Virus record (IMG/VR): IMGVR_UViG_3300037408_000429
Span: 1 to 60,003 of that record
Strand: one strand, 5' to 3'
DNA from: a virus
Lineage: Duplodnaviria; Caudoviricetes
Length of the DNA stretch: 60,003 nucleotides
Shown here: positions 1 to 7,459 of the stretch, piece after piece
Layout of the letters: each line of letters starts with the position of its first letter
Position numbering within the stretch: the stretch's first letter is position 1
Translations under genes and position numbers: made by a program
The notes under the pieces: generated by a model
Database searches by the model: none
The model's input: only the letters and a program-made list of their open reading frames with translations
Told to the model about the DNA's origin: nothing

Positions 1-12
1 GCCGGCGGGCGC

Positions 13-123
13 TGTCCGTGCAGGCTCCGCGGCGCGTCCAATGGCGGTCGGCGTCCGCCGCGGTCCCAGCTTGCTGCTGCCGCCACCAGAAGCAAGCTGC
101 CGCCGATACCTTGGGCTGGTCCT
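13..123. repeat. Terminal direct repeat, left copy (111 bp)
   Basis: TGTCCGTGCAGG...GGGCTGGTCCT is identical to 59872-59982. Confidence 0.9.
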
Positions 124-861
124 CCCTCCCTCCCTCCCCCCGGGCAACGGATGCCCGGAACCCACCCGACCATGCGAACGATAGGCGAATCCCGGCCACA
201 ATCTGAGCGTGATGATGTAGATATGCTCCGAAATGATGGATAAGTCTTGTGTTTACAGCACATGCCAAGGTTACATAATGGTCATTATCGAAAGCTGGAA
301 ACTGAATGCAAGTGTTGTGCCAAACCCCTAAACCCTGTTAATACTCTGTAAATGGCCCTAGGATCGTTTGGGATGTGCCCGGGCCACTACCGCACCACCC
401 AGGACCAAACGGACGATCCTGGGGCATCCTGGGGCCACAAATCCAGGACAGGCTCTACTTGCGCGGGTGACGCCGAGCCGGGGGTTGGGGCAAAATGCGT
501 CTCTCTCTGTCTACTTTTTAGCCACTCTTGATTATTTCGGCGATGTAATGATAGATATACTGGGCCTTGTGAGTTTTCCCTTGGTCCTGAGGCTTGGGTG
601 TTGAGGATTCTGGGCAATCAGTCCATCAAAAGAGGTAGAGATCCAATCAACAGACAAAATCCAGGACAACAACAAAACAAATAATTAAACAAATCATTTC
701 AATCAATTCATTTCTATACATTCGTGCAATTCTCCCATACGTGTGCAGGTAATCATTTATCTCTATAAAACGCGTATGCGTGCATAGGCATGCCCAGGAC
801 ACGATTGTATGGTTTTGTCCTGATTGGATCCTTAGTCTGAATTATTTTTCAGGTTGGGGTC

Positions 862-889
862 TTGACTTTTGCCTGCACGGCCGTAATTT
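862..889 (+). promoter_or_regulatory. Putative sigma70-like early promoter
   Basis: TTGACT-16 nt-TAATTT downstream of an AT-rich non-coding region and upstream of the first + strand genes. Confidence 0.35.
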
Positions 890-1158
890 GGTATTGCCGA
901 GGGAATCGACCCAACGCCAAAGCGGAGGTATGCCATGAAAGAGCTCGCGTTTGAGCTGATCTGCCTCATCTACTTCCTGGTCACCGGACAGGATGGGTTG
1001 TGATGGGCGGGGTGTGTAATGGATCTTAGCGGCGGAACACAACAGTCATTCCCCTGGGCCGAGTATCAGCCCGAGCTGACAATCCCGGCCGAGAACCAGG
1101 ACAAAGAAATTCCCGCGGAAGAATTCATCCGGCTCTACTTCCCGGCGATGGTGATAAA

Positions 1159-1593
1159 ATGAGCATCGACTGGTGTTTCGGCTCGAAACAGTGGCAGGAG
1201 TATTATCACGGCCGCAACAATGGGCACCGGGCCAAGGGTGATCGTGCTGCGCGGGCCCGGAAGGCATCCCTGGCCGCAATCAGGCCGCGGGCCATGGCAA
1301 CATGGGATGAACAGCGATCAAACGACCTGAGGGCCGAATCTGAGGCCCTGGCCGCCCTGGAAAATGCATGCCTGGACCTGTCCCTGGACCAATGGAACGA
1401 GGATCACGAGACCCCGGCCGCAATGGCCAACGCCATGAGGTGGATGATGAGCGAGAATCTGAACATCGAAGAGCCTGGACAAGACGCCTATGACTACTGG
1501 GCCCTGGTCTGTTTCGAGCTTGCCCTGGAGGACTGCGATATGGAGCTGGCCGACGCCCTGGAGACCCTGGAATCCCTGGAGGTAGCATCATGA
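1159..1593 (+). CDS. Hypothetical early protein (acidic)
   Basis: 144 aa ORF; ATGA overlap with next ORF. Confidence 0.7.
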   Translation: MSIDWCFGSKQWQEYYHGRNNGHRAKGDRAARARKASLAAIRPRAMATWDEQRSNDLRAESEALAALENACLDLSLDQWNEDHETPAAMANAMRWMMSENLNIEEPGQDAYDYWALVCFELALEDCDMELADALETLESLEVAS

Positions 1594-1796
1594 GCGCCAT
1601 GCGACATCTTGGGCAATACATCTGGACGGCACCAGGGAAAGCTCCTCATGCCGTCCATGTCTACTCTCTGGCCGTTCCTGGCACGAGCCAGGACAGGCTT
1701 TACCGCTGGTCGGTCGTCGCCGGGCGCTACTTTCCCCTGAGGCGATCAGTCTTTGAATCCCAGATGGTCCCCGTTGAGGGAGGGGGTAGGCCATGA
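1590..1796 (+). CDS. Hypothetical early protein
   Basis: GGAGG RBS, ATGA coupling on both sides. Confidence 0.6.
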   Translation: MSAMRHLGQYIWTAPGKAPHAVHVYSLAVPGTSQDRLYRWSVVAGRYFPLRRSVFESQMVPVEGGGRP

Positions 1797-2035
1797 GAAC
1801 CTTCAGTCAATTCCTCGAGTCCCAGGGCTTCCAGGCTGACGCATGCGAGGATCTTGAACACCCCGACTTCTATCGACTGGCAGAACGCCTATACCTGACA
1901 TTGGAGAGGATATCGCTCATGGCGTGTCGGTGCGTGGATGATGGTACGCCTTGCAGTGGTTGCACCAAGACAGGCCGTGAGGCGCCCAGGGTGGCTTGGG
2001 CCGCCATCAAGCCGATCCATCCGGAGATCCCATGA
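1793..2035 (+). CDS. Hypothetical early protein (Cys motifs)
   Basis: ATGA coupled; CRC..CSGC. Confidence 0.6.
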   Translation: MRTFSQFLESQGFQADACEDLEHPDFYRLAERLYLTLERISLMACRCVDDGTPCSGCTKTGREAPRVAWAAIKPIHPEIP

Positions 2036-2238
2036 AACTCGCCGAACACAATGCCGCTTTTGGGGCGAAACGTCGCCCGGACGAGATCGTACTGTGTAAC
2101 ACCATGGGCTATGGTGAGATCAGCCAATACGACAGCCGATGTTCCTGGTGCTGGCTTGGGCACGATCACCGCTGGGCAACCCATGACCAGAGCATCAATA
2201 CATTCTGTGCCTGCGAGGCCGACCATGCTGGGAAATGA
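2032..2238 (+). CDS. Hypothetical small Cys/His-rich protein
   Basis: Start MKLAEH coupled to the upstream stop (ATGA), GGAG RBS. Confidence 0.5.
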   Translation: MKLAEHNAAFGAKRRPDEIVLCNTMGYGEISQYDSRCSWCWLGHDHRWATHDQSINTFCACEADHAGK

Positions 2239-2431
2239 GATCATACTCGACACCCCCGCCATCCTTGAGGCCCTGGATGGCCACAACGAAAGCTACAACC
2301 TAGCCGCCCGAATGGCCGCCCGTGACCTGCGAGGCATGCCAGTACGGGCCCTGCCTGTGGTCACCGGCAACGCCTGTCCCCCAAAAATCTTCGTGCTGGT
2401 CCGACTCCGGGCCATGTTGATGAGGTAACCC

Positions 2432-2746
2432 ATGAACAACGTTGCGAACACAATACTGAGTCAACTTGGCGGCGGACGGTTCCGCCTGATGACTGGAGCC
2501 AGGGACTTTGTGGGATCCAACAATAGTTTAGCCTTCGCCCTGCCGCAGGGTTTCGCCAGGGACGGTATCAACCGGGTCCGAATTGTTTTGGACGAAACGG
2601 ACACCTACACAATGCAGGCCCTACACGTCAACATGAAGGGCGCCAGGAAAGGTATCGCGTCCATCGTCCATGAGACATCCGACCTTTACACAGAGGACCT
2701 CCAGCGGATCTTCACGGACTGGACCGGCCTCGATACCCATCTTTGA
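2432..2746 (+). CDS. Conserved phage hypothetical protein
   Basis: ANTILSQLGGGRFRLMTGA...DTYTM...FTDWTGL pattern typical of a widespread phage early-gene family. Confidence 0.7.
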   Translation: MNNVANTILSQLGGGRFRLMTGARDFVGSNNSLAFALPQGFARDGINRVRIVLDETDTYTMQALHVNMKGARKGIASIVHETSDLYTEDLQRIFTDWTGLDTHL

Positions 2747-2758
2747 TATGGAGCCTTC

Positions 2759-3019
2759 ATGCCCGGACGAGCCCATTTCTACGCCCTTGACACCCGCAAC
2801 CACGAGCTTGCGCTCTGGCGGTTCAGATTCCGCCAGGAGCGGGACCGCTGGGTGCAGGACGACACGCGCAGACACGCCCTCCACCAGGACATAGCCAAAG
2901 CCTGGCAGACGCGGATCGAAAAACTGCATGCCGCCGTGTTCTACTGGCGCCCGTTTATGGTTGATGGTGGGGGCACGGGTGAGCTTTGGCATCCTGCCGC
3001 GCCAAACCACAGGAGCTAA
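2759..3019 (+). CDS. Hypothetical protein
   Basis: GGAG RBS; in early operon. Confidence 0.55.
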   Translation: MPGRAHFYALDTRNHELALWRFRFRQERDRWVQDDTRRHALHQDIAKAWQTRIEKLHAAVFYWRPFMVDGGGTGELWHPAAPNHRS

Positions 3020-3020
3020 C

Positions 3021-3236
3021 ATGCCCAAACGCTGGGGAAAACGCACAGCGAACCTGACGGACGACCGCCTGGAGGAACTCCTGGAGTTCCGGATGCCCGA
3101 TTTCAAGGTCTTGGCGCACCGCTGGGACTGCTCTGCCCGGTATCTGGAGCACGTCTGGCACAGAGAGACGCGGCGGCTCCACAAACGCGAATCACCAAGA
3201 AAGAACAGCTTGGCGATCCTTCGGCGAAAGCCTTGA
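3021..3236 (+). CDS. Hypothetical basic protein, possibly HTH
   Basis: AGGAG RBS before MPKRWGK; 3' part of ORF 2928-3236. Confidence 0.5.
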   Translation: MPKRWGKRTANLTDDRLEELLEFRMPDFKVLAHRWDCSARYLEHVWHRETRRLHKRESPRKNSLAILRRKP

Positions 3237-3261
3237 TTGCAAATCCGTCTCGACTTATCTT
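3233..3261 (+). promoter_or_regulatory. Putative promoter upstream of the cassette arrays
   Basis: TTGATT-17 nt-TATCTT(GG); same -10 context as 12857. Confidence 0.4.
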
Positions 3262-3303
3262 GGGAGTGCAGCAGGAAACGCCGTTTGGCCAAAGAGGGTA
3301 GAA

Positions 3304-3522
3304 ATGATAGATAACTGCATCGCGCATTGGTTCAAAACAACCAGAGTCCCCGGCGGATGCACGGTCAAGCGCATGTTTTTGCGCTTCCGGCATCAACACC
3401 TAGGTGAGCCCGTATCTGAGGCCAAAATCGAACGGATCATGAAGGATCTTGAGGCCCGCGGCGAGGCCGAGCGCTACGGCGCCTATTGGTGGCCGATCAA
3501 GCTAACCGGCGCTGCCGCGTGA
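3304..3522 (+). CDS. Hypothetical protein
   Basis: 72 aa ORF ending inside the first partial attC-like site. Confidence 0.5.
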   Translation: MIDNCIAHWFKTTRVPGGCTVKRMFLRFRHQHLGEPVSEAKIERIMKDLEARGEAERYGAYWWPIKLTGAAA

Positions 3523-3580
3523 AAGGAGAAACATGAAAAACGAGCAGGCCCTTGGGTCCGAGTGCAGCGCCGGGTTAGGC
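3498..3580 (-). mobile_element. Partial attC-like site #0 (left core box lost)
   Basis: CAAGCTAACCGG...GGTCCGAGTGCAGCGCCGGGTTAGGC; 29 bp identical to the right arm of site #1. Confidence 0.7.
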
Positions 3581-3604
3581 GGTGCCGAATGATGAGGAGA
3601 GAGT

Positions 3605-3793
3605 ATGAAAGTGATGATTGATGACGTTGAGTACATACCGGCAGAGCCCGCGCTCGACCTGTTTGGAGACGGGGTGAAACACGCCTGCAAGATGCTAGTG
3701 AGATACATGGAACGCGAGAATGTGGACCTGTTGGACATGGGAGCCGTTGAACTAACGGCGATTGTTAGAGCAGAAATGAAACGTGACGCCTAA
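3605..3793 (+). CDS. Cassette-borne hypothetical protein
   Basis: GAGGAG RBS; stop TAA lies in GCCTAAC of site #1. Confidence 0.7.
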   Translation: MKVMIDDVEYIPAEPALDLFGDGVKHACKMLVRYMERENVDLLDMGAVELTAIVRAEMKRDA

Positions 3794-3916
3794 CGGCTCA
3801 AGCTCACCGGCCCAGCCGCCAGCGAATAGATAAAAGGAGATGAGATGAACGAACCTGTAAGCAAAACTGATGAGTTGCCAGTCACGGCTGGGTCCGAGTG
3901 CAGCGCCGGGTTAGGC
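3788..3916 (-). mobile_element. attC-like site #1 (129 bp)
   Basis: GCCTAAC...GCTCACCGGCCCAGCCG / CGGCTGGG-T-CCG-A-GTG-C-AGC...GTTAGGC imperfect palindrome. Confidence 0.85.
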
Positions 3917-4093
3917 GCGTGCTGCTTTGTGGATGGGAAATTGACCGACGATCCATACCCCACAGCCGAACAATGCACCTGTGGCGGGAATCTCGAATTT
4001 GAGTATGGGTTTTGCCGACACGGGCTCGGGGTTTTCGAACGGTGCGTGGATTGTGGCACGGTCTTTAACTTTCACAAGGACACGGGCGGATGA
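3845..4093 (+). CDS. Cassette-borne Zn-ribbon-like protein starting inside attC #1
   Basis: AAGGAG RBS and ATG in the hairpin loop; CTCG and CVDCG motifs. Confidence 0.65.
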   Translation: MNEPVSKTDELPVTAGSECSAGLGACCFVDGKLTDDPYPTAEQCTCGGNLEFEYGFCRHGLGVFERCVDCGTVFNFHKDTGG

Positions 4094-4094
4094 C

Positions 4095-4115
4095 GCCTAA
4101 CGACTGAGTTGATTC
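4095..4115 (-). mobile_element. Lone core site / possible attI-like end of first sub-array
   Basis: GCCTAAC right after an ORF stop with no matching right arm; minus strand GAATCAACTCAGTCGTTAGGC. Confidence 0.45.
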
Positions 4116-4133
4116 TGTCCAGAAAGGTGAGCC

Positions 4134-4307
4134 ATGTCTTACAATCCAAAATGGTGGCGCATCTGGAAACGTGCCGCCGTGAGCAAAAACTCCCGCACCA
4201 CGAAAGCATCAGAACGTCGCCTTCGCTGGCAGTGGCGGCACGCCGCGAAGCGCGGGCGCTGGATAGCTGACGTGATATACGGCGGAATCCGTCATCCCAG
4301 GCACTGA
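4134..4307 (+). CDS. Small basic Trp/Arg-rich protein (57 aa, not in ORF track)
   Basis: AAAGGTGA RBS; MSYNPKWWRIWKRAAV...HPRH*. Confidence 0.55.
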   Translation: MSYNPKWWRIWKRAAVSKNSRTTKASERRLRWQWRHAAKRGRWIADVIYGGIRHPRH

Positions 4308-4323
4308 TGTCCAGGAGCAAGCC

Positions 4324-4605
4324 ATGAGCCTCGTGCCTATTCCACCACCTGGAGATATAGAGATTGAAATTAACGCTCTCCGAGCCCGCGTCGCAGAACG
4401 GGAGGCATTAATGAAATGTAAAAGGCACATAACAGTGAATGGCAGGTGCCCCGAGTGCCTGGAAGCCCGTGTAGTGGAACTGCTGGAAACGTTAGACCGC
4501 TACCGCAATGCACTGGAAGAACTCTACGGGGCGTCCATTGCCATGAACGAAGTTAATCTTCGCGGGTTCATTCGTGAAACCGTGAAAAACAGCATTGACA
4601 CCTAA
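4324..4605 (+). CDS. Hypothetical coiled-coil protein
   Basis: AGGAG RBS; stop TAA in ACCTAAC of site #2. Confidence 0.7.
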   Translation: MSLVPIPPPGDIEIEINALRARVAEREALMKCKRHITVNGRCPECLEARVVELLETLDRYRNALEELYGASIAMNEVNLRGFIRETVKNSIDT

Positions 4606-4695
4606 CGAAAGAGCTTAACTGGCGCTGGGGTTCGGCGCCTTGGAGGAACCGACCGGACGCAGAGCCCAGCGTCCGGGTAGAACGAGAGGTTAAGC
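4600..4695 (-). mobile_element. attC-like site #2 (96 bp)
   Basis: ACCTAAC...TGGCGCTGGG / CCCAGCG-T-CCGG...GTTAAGC. Confidence 0.8.
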
Positions 4696-4697
4696 GC

Positions 4698-4850
4698 ATG
4701 TGGAAGGTGTCTTGGCTTTGGACATTCTGGGCCATCGGTATTGTTTGGGATGCCCCGCACTACTGGAGGCATTGGGGGAAGTTCATCGGCCTCCATTTGG
4801 GGCCATTATGGATCGCGTATCACTCGGAACGAGACTATTTCGACACCTAA
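4698..4850 (+). CDS. Cassette-borne Trp-rich 50-aa protein (not in ORF track)
   Basis: MWKVSWLWTFWAIGIVWDAPHYWRHWGKFIGLHLGPLWIAYHSERDYFDT*; fills the space between two attC-like sites exactly, stop in ACCTAAC. Confidence 0.65.
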   Translation: MWKVSWLWTFWAIGIVWDAPHYWRHWGKFIGLHLGPLWIAYHSERDYFDT

Positions 4851-4905
4851 CGATTGGCATAACCGGCACGTGGAACACGTGTCCGTGTTCAAGGAGTGGT
4901 TAGAC
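4845..4905 (-). mobile_element. attC-like site #3 (61 bp)
   Basis: ACCTAAC...AACCGGCACGTG-GAA-CACGTG-T-CCG-T-GTT...GTTAGAC. Confidence 0.8.
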
Positions 4906-4921
4906 CGATTGGGAGAAATCT

Positions 4922-5380
4922 ATGGGACTTACTCTTGCGCCAACGACCTATGAAGAAGCCTGTCATTTCGTTGGTTTGCATCACCGGCACCATACCCCGC
5001 CGCAGGGCTGGAAATTTGGCATTGCTGCCTGTCTTGACGGAAAGGTCGTCGGAGTAGTGATGGTTGGCCGCCCCGTTGCCCGCCATGCCGATGACGGCTG
5101 GACGCTGGAGGTTACTCGATGCTGCACCGATGGGACCCAAAACGCATGTTCGACGCTTTACGCAGCTGCTTGGCGAGCTGCGAGGGCACTTGGATACCAC
5201 AGGCTTATCACGTTCACCCTGCCACAAGAAGGAGGCGCAAGCCTTCGTGCCTCGGGTTGGCGGGAACTTTACCGAACGAAGGGCGGGTCTTGGGACCGCG
5301 AAGACCGGCCCAGGGTAGACAAACATCCGACCCAGCCAAAAACACTTTGGGAAATTACGGATCATAAGGAATCGGCCTAA
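4922..5380 (+). CDS. XF1762-family protein (GNAT/Mom-like fold), cassette-borne
   Basis: HHRHH..P.G.KF, GRPVAR..DDG.TLEVTR.CTDGT.NACS.LY, E.GASLRASGW motifs; stop in GCCTAAC. Confidence 0.75.
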   Translation: MGLTLAPTTYEEACHFVGLHHRHHTPPQGWKFGIAACLDGKVVGVVMVGRPVARHADDGWTLEVTRCCTDGTQNACSTLYAAAWRAARALGYHRLITFTLPQEGGASLRASGWRELYRTKGGSWDREDRPRVDKHPTQPKTLWEITDHKESA

Positions 5381-5471
5381 CGTATGGAGTTAACCGGCGC
5401 TTGGGCTGCCGGACCTAGAAACTTGCCGGACGCCACAAGCCCAAGCGTCCGGGTTGAACGCCTGGTTAGGC
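5375..5471 (-). mobile_element. attC-like site #4 (97 bp)
   Basis: GCCTAAC...GTTAACCGGCGCTTGGGCT / AGCCCAAGCG-T-CCGGGTT-G-AAC...GTTAGGC. Confidence 0.85.
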
Positions 5472-5485
5472 GTGTGGAGAACAAA

Positions 5486-5629
5486 ATGGATTTTGATCGA
5501 TTTGAACGGAACCACAACCGCGCGATGCGCTTCGGTTTCTTGGCAGTGATCGTGAACGCTGCACTTGGTCTTGGACTTTTGGGAACAATCATCTGGGTTG
5601 CCGCGCATTTCTTGAAGAAGATTTGGTGA
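5486..5629 (+). CDS. Cassette-borne small membrane protein (47 aa)
   Basis: GGAG RBS, MDFDRFERN..., one hydrophobic helix. Confidence 0.7.
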   Translation: MDFDRFERNHNRAMRFGFLAVIVNAALGLGLLGTIIWVAAHFLKKIW

Positions 5630-5630
5630 A

Positions 5631-5717
5631 GCCTAACGCCCGGAGATAACCGGCGCGGGACGGACGAATGGATGAGCTGGCGGTCAAATCCGCGTCCGGT
5701 TCATCGACTGGTTAGGC
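5631..5717 (-). mobile_element. attC-like site #5 (87 bp)
   Basis: GCCTAAC...GATAACCGGCGCGG / CCGCG-T-CCGGTT-C-ATC...GTTAGGC. Confidence 0.85.
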
Positions 5718-5762
5718 CGCACGGGACGAGATGTTAAGAAATCCTTTACAACTGGAGGAACG

Positions 5763-6002
5763 ATGGGAGCGAAGATTAGCGATGTTCTAAGGAAAGAAGG
5801 GCATCCTGGTTATGCCATTGATGTAGCCGCTCTTGAGAATTTGGTGGTGAAACTACGGAATGACCTTGAAGCCATGACCGCCCGTGCCGCCATCAACGGC
5901 AAGATTGCGATGCGCTATCAAGACGCCCTGGAATACGTTAGGGACTACAGCAATGACCCCGGTGTTGTTCAACGTGCCAAGGATGAACTGGGTGCGGCCT
6001 AA
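5763..6002 (+). CDS. Cassette-borne hypothetical protein
   Basis: GGAGG RBS; stop in GCCTAAC. Confidence 0.7.
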   Translation: MGAKISDVLRKEGHPGYAIDVAALENLVVKLRNDLEAMTARAAINGKIAMRYQDALEYVRDYSNDPGVVQRAKDELGAA

Positions 6003-6120
6003 CGCCCCAAGCTAACCGGGGCAACAGCCAGCACCAGCTTGCGGGGAGATTGGAAGGACGAATGCATGAAGGAGGAATCCTGTAAGTGGCTGTTGGCTCC
6101 GGTTGAGCGTGAGGTTAGGC
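5997..6120 (-). mobile_element. attC-like site #6 (124 bp)
   Basis: GCCTAAC...GCTAACCGGGGCAACAGCCA / TGGCTGTTGGC-T-CCGGTT-G-AGC...GTTAGGC. Confidence 0.85.
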
Positions 6121-6147
6121 GGGGACGAAAACTTGAGGAGAAGGACC

Positions 6148-6336
6148 ATGGATGAAACCCAAACCATTGAAGTGAGGACATCGGATGACTACTACCGGCT
6201 GAAAATGTTGGTAGCAGAACGGGACAAATACAAGAAAGCATTAGTGAGGATCCAGGATGTGTGTTTTGGATCCAGTTCCCAATCGGAAGTTGAACATTTT
6301 GCCTATAACACGTCGAAGGCTGCATTGGACGCCTAA
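6148..6336 (+). CDS. Cassette-borne hypothetical protein
   Basis: GAGGAG RBS, MDETQT...; stop in GCCTAAC. Confidence 0.7.
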   Translation: MDETQTIEVRTSDDYYRLKMLVAERDKYKKALVRIQDVCFGSSSQSEVEHFAYNTSKAALDA

Positions 6337-6388
6337 CGAACCAAGCTAACCGGCGCCGAAGGCGTCCGGTTGAGCGCGAAGGTTAGGC
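6331..6388 (-). mobile_element. attC-like site #7 (58 bp, minimal 59-be-like)
   Basis: GCCTAAC GAACCAA GCT AACCGG CGCC GAA GGCG T CCGGTT G AGC GCGAAG GTTAGGC. Confidence 0.9.
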
Positions 6389-6400
6389 GGGCCAGCACAA

Positions 6401-6751
6401 ATGAAAGGAAATTCGATGACGATTGACGAACTGAAAGCACTGGAACGGAAGGCAACTCCTGGACCATGGGACAATCCAGAATGGGATGCCGTAGAGCGTT
6501 TCTATGACGTTTGCGCGGGAATTGGTAGTGAACAGCATCAAGTATTTGTCACTCAAGATATTTGCAGCAAGAATGCAGGAGAAAACGCCAGGTTTATCGT
6601 GTCTATCCGCAATCTTGTGCCCGAGTTCCTGGCGCTGTGGGAAGCCTGCAACGAACCTGCGCCCAGAGCGGATAGAGGCGCTGAATGGATGGAACGGATC
6701 GTCCATGCTCGGAATGACCTGAATTTTAAGGCAGCAAACATGGACGCCTAA
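6401..6751 (+). CDS. Cassette-borne Ead/Ea22-like phage protein
   Basis: ELKALERKATPGPW...NARFI...RN motif; stop in GCCTAAC. Confidence 0.65.
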   Translation: MKGNSMTIDELKALERKATPGPWDNPEWDAVERFYDVCAGIGSEQHQVFVTQDICSKNAGENARFIVSIRNLVPEFLALWEACNEPAPRADRGAEWMERIVHARNDLNFKAANMDA

Positions 6752-6772
6752 CTTTGAATTAGGCGAACTGGA
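6746..6772 (-). mobile_element. attI-like site at the array end
   Basis: Minus strand CAGTTC-GCCTAAT-TCAAA-GTTAGGC: L box, 5-nt spacer, GTTRRRY; resembles the class 1 attI core CAGTCG-CCCTAAA-ACAAA-GTT. Confidence 0.65.
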
Positions 6773-6874
6773 CGCGCTCCTAAATTAGAGCAAACACATA
6801 CTGCGTCTCAACACAAACCCAACAAAATCAACACGGAACCGCCGTAAAAACAGGTAAATGAGACCGGATGGAAT

Positions 6875-7075
6875 ATGAGCAAAATAAGCAACGCCAGAGC
6901 GGCGAAGGTGCTGGACAAGCGCCTGGAATTCCTCGAAGAATACATCCGCAGCTATGAGTCTGAAACCGGGAACGCCTGCGGGTTTGCCCGAGAGGAATTC
7001 AGGGCACTGACCCAGGCCACGGTGAGCTTGGGGCACCCCACGGAACGCACCGTTCCCAAATTGGAGAGACCATGA
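6875..7075 (+). CDS. Hypothetical protein
   Basis: ORF coupled to next. Confidence 0.6.
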   Translation: MSKISNARAAKVLDKRLEFLEEYIRSYESETGNACGFAREEFRALTQATVSLGHPTERTVPKLERP

Positions 7076-7299
7076 GCGAACAACAAAGCATCGACCTGAG
7101 TCTTCAGGCCGAATCCCTGCGAAACAAGGGGGCGGCCATCCTGGGCAAGATGATTCCAGACGCGGACAAGGGCATGATTATGGAATTCATGCACTGCGCC
7201 ATAGGGTCCGCGCTGCTTGAGATCATGTCTATCCAGGCGTTATACCAAGAACCAGTGCCCGAAGAAGATCCTGCCGAAGGACTTGGCGGGACGGACTAG
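7072..7299 (+). CDS. Hypothetical protein
   Basis: GGAG RBS, ATGA overlap. Confidence 0.6.
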   Translation: MSEQQSIDLSLQAESLRNKGAAILGKMIPDADKGMIMEFMHCAIGSALLEIMSIQALYQEPVPEEDPAEGLGGTD

Positions 7300-7459
7300 G
7301 AGCGAATCGTGTCCACAAAATGTTGCCTGCTCACCAAGAATGGCCCCAGGTTTTTCGACCGGCTCCAGGATCTCGAAGCCTACGCCAAGGAACATGGGCT
7401 ATGGGACGAAGAGAACTGGCGCGAGTCCATGAACGCACTACTCGAAAAGGAGAAACAAA

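Noticed and set aside
3498-6772. CRISPR array or rho-independent terminators as the explanation of the repeated hairpins
   Set aside because: Repeats vary in length and sequence, are separated by whole ORFs, lack U-tracts and carry attC-type core boxes and bulges
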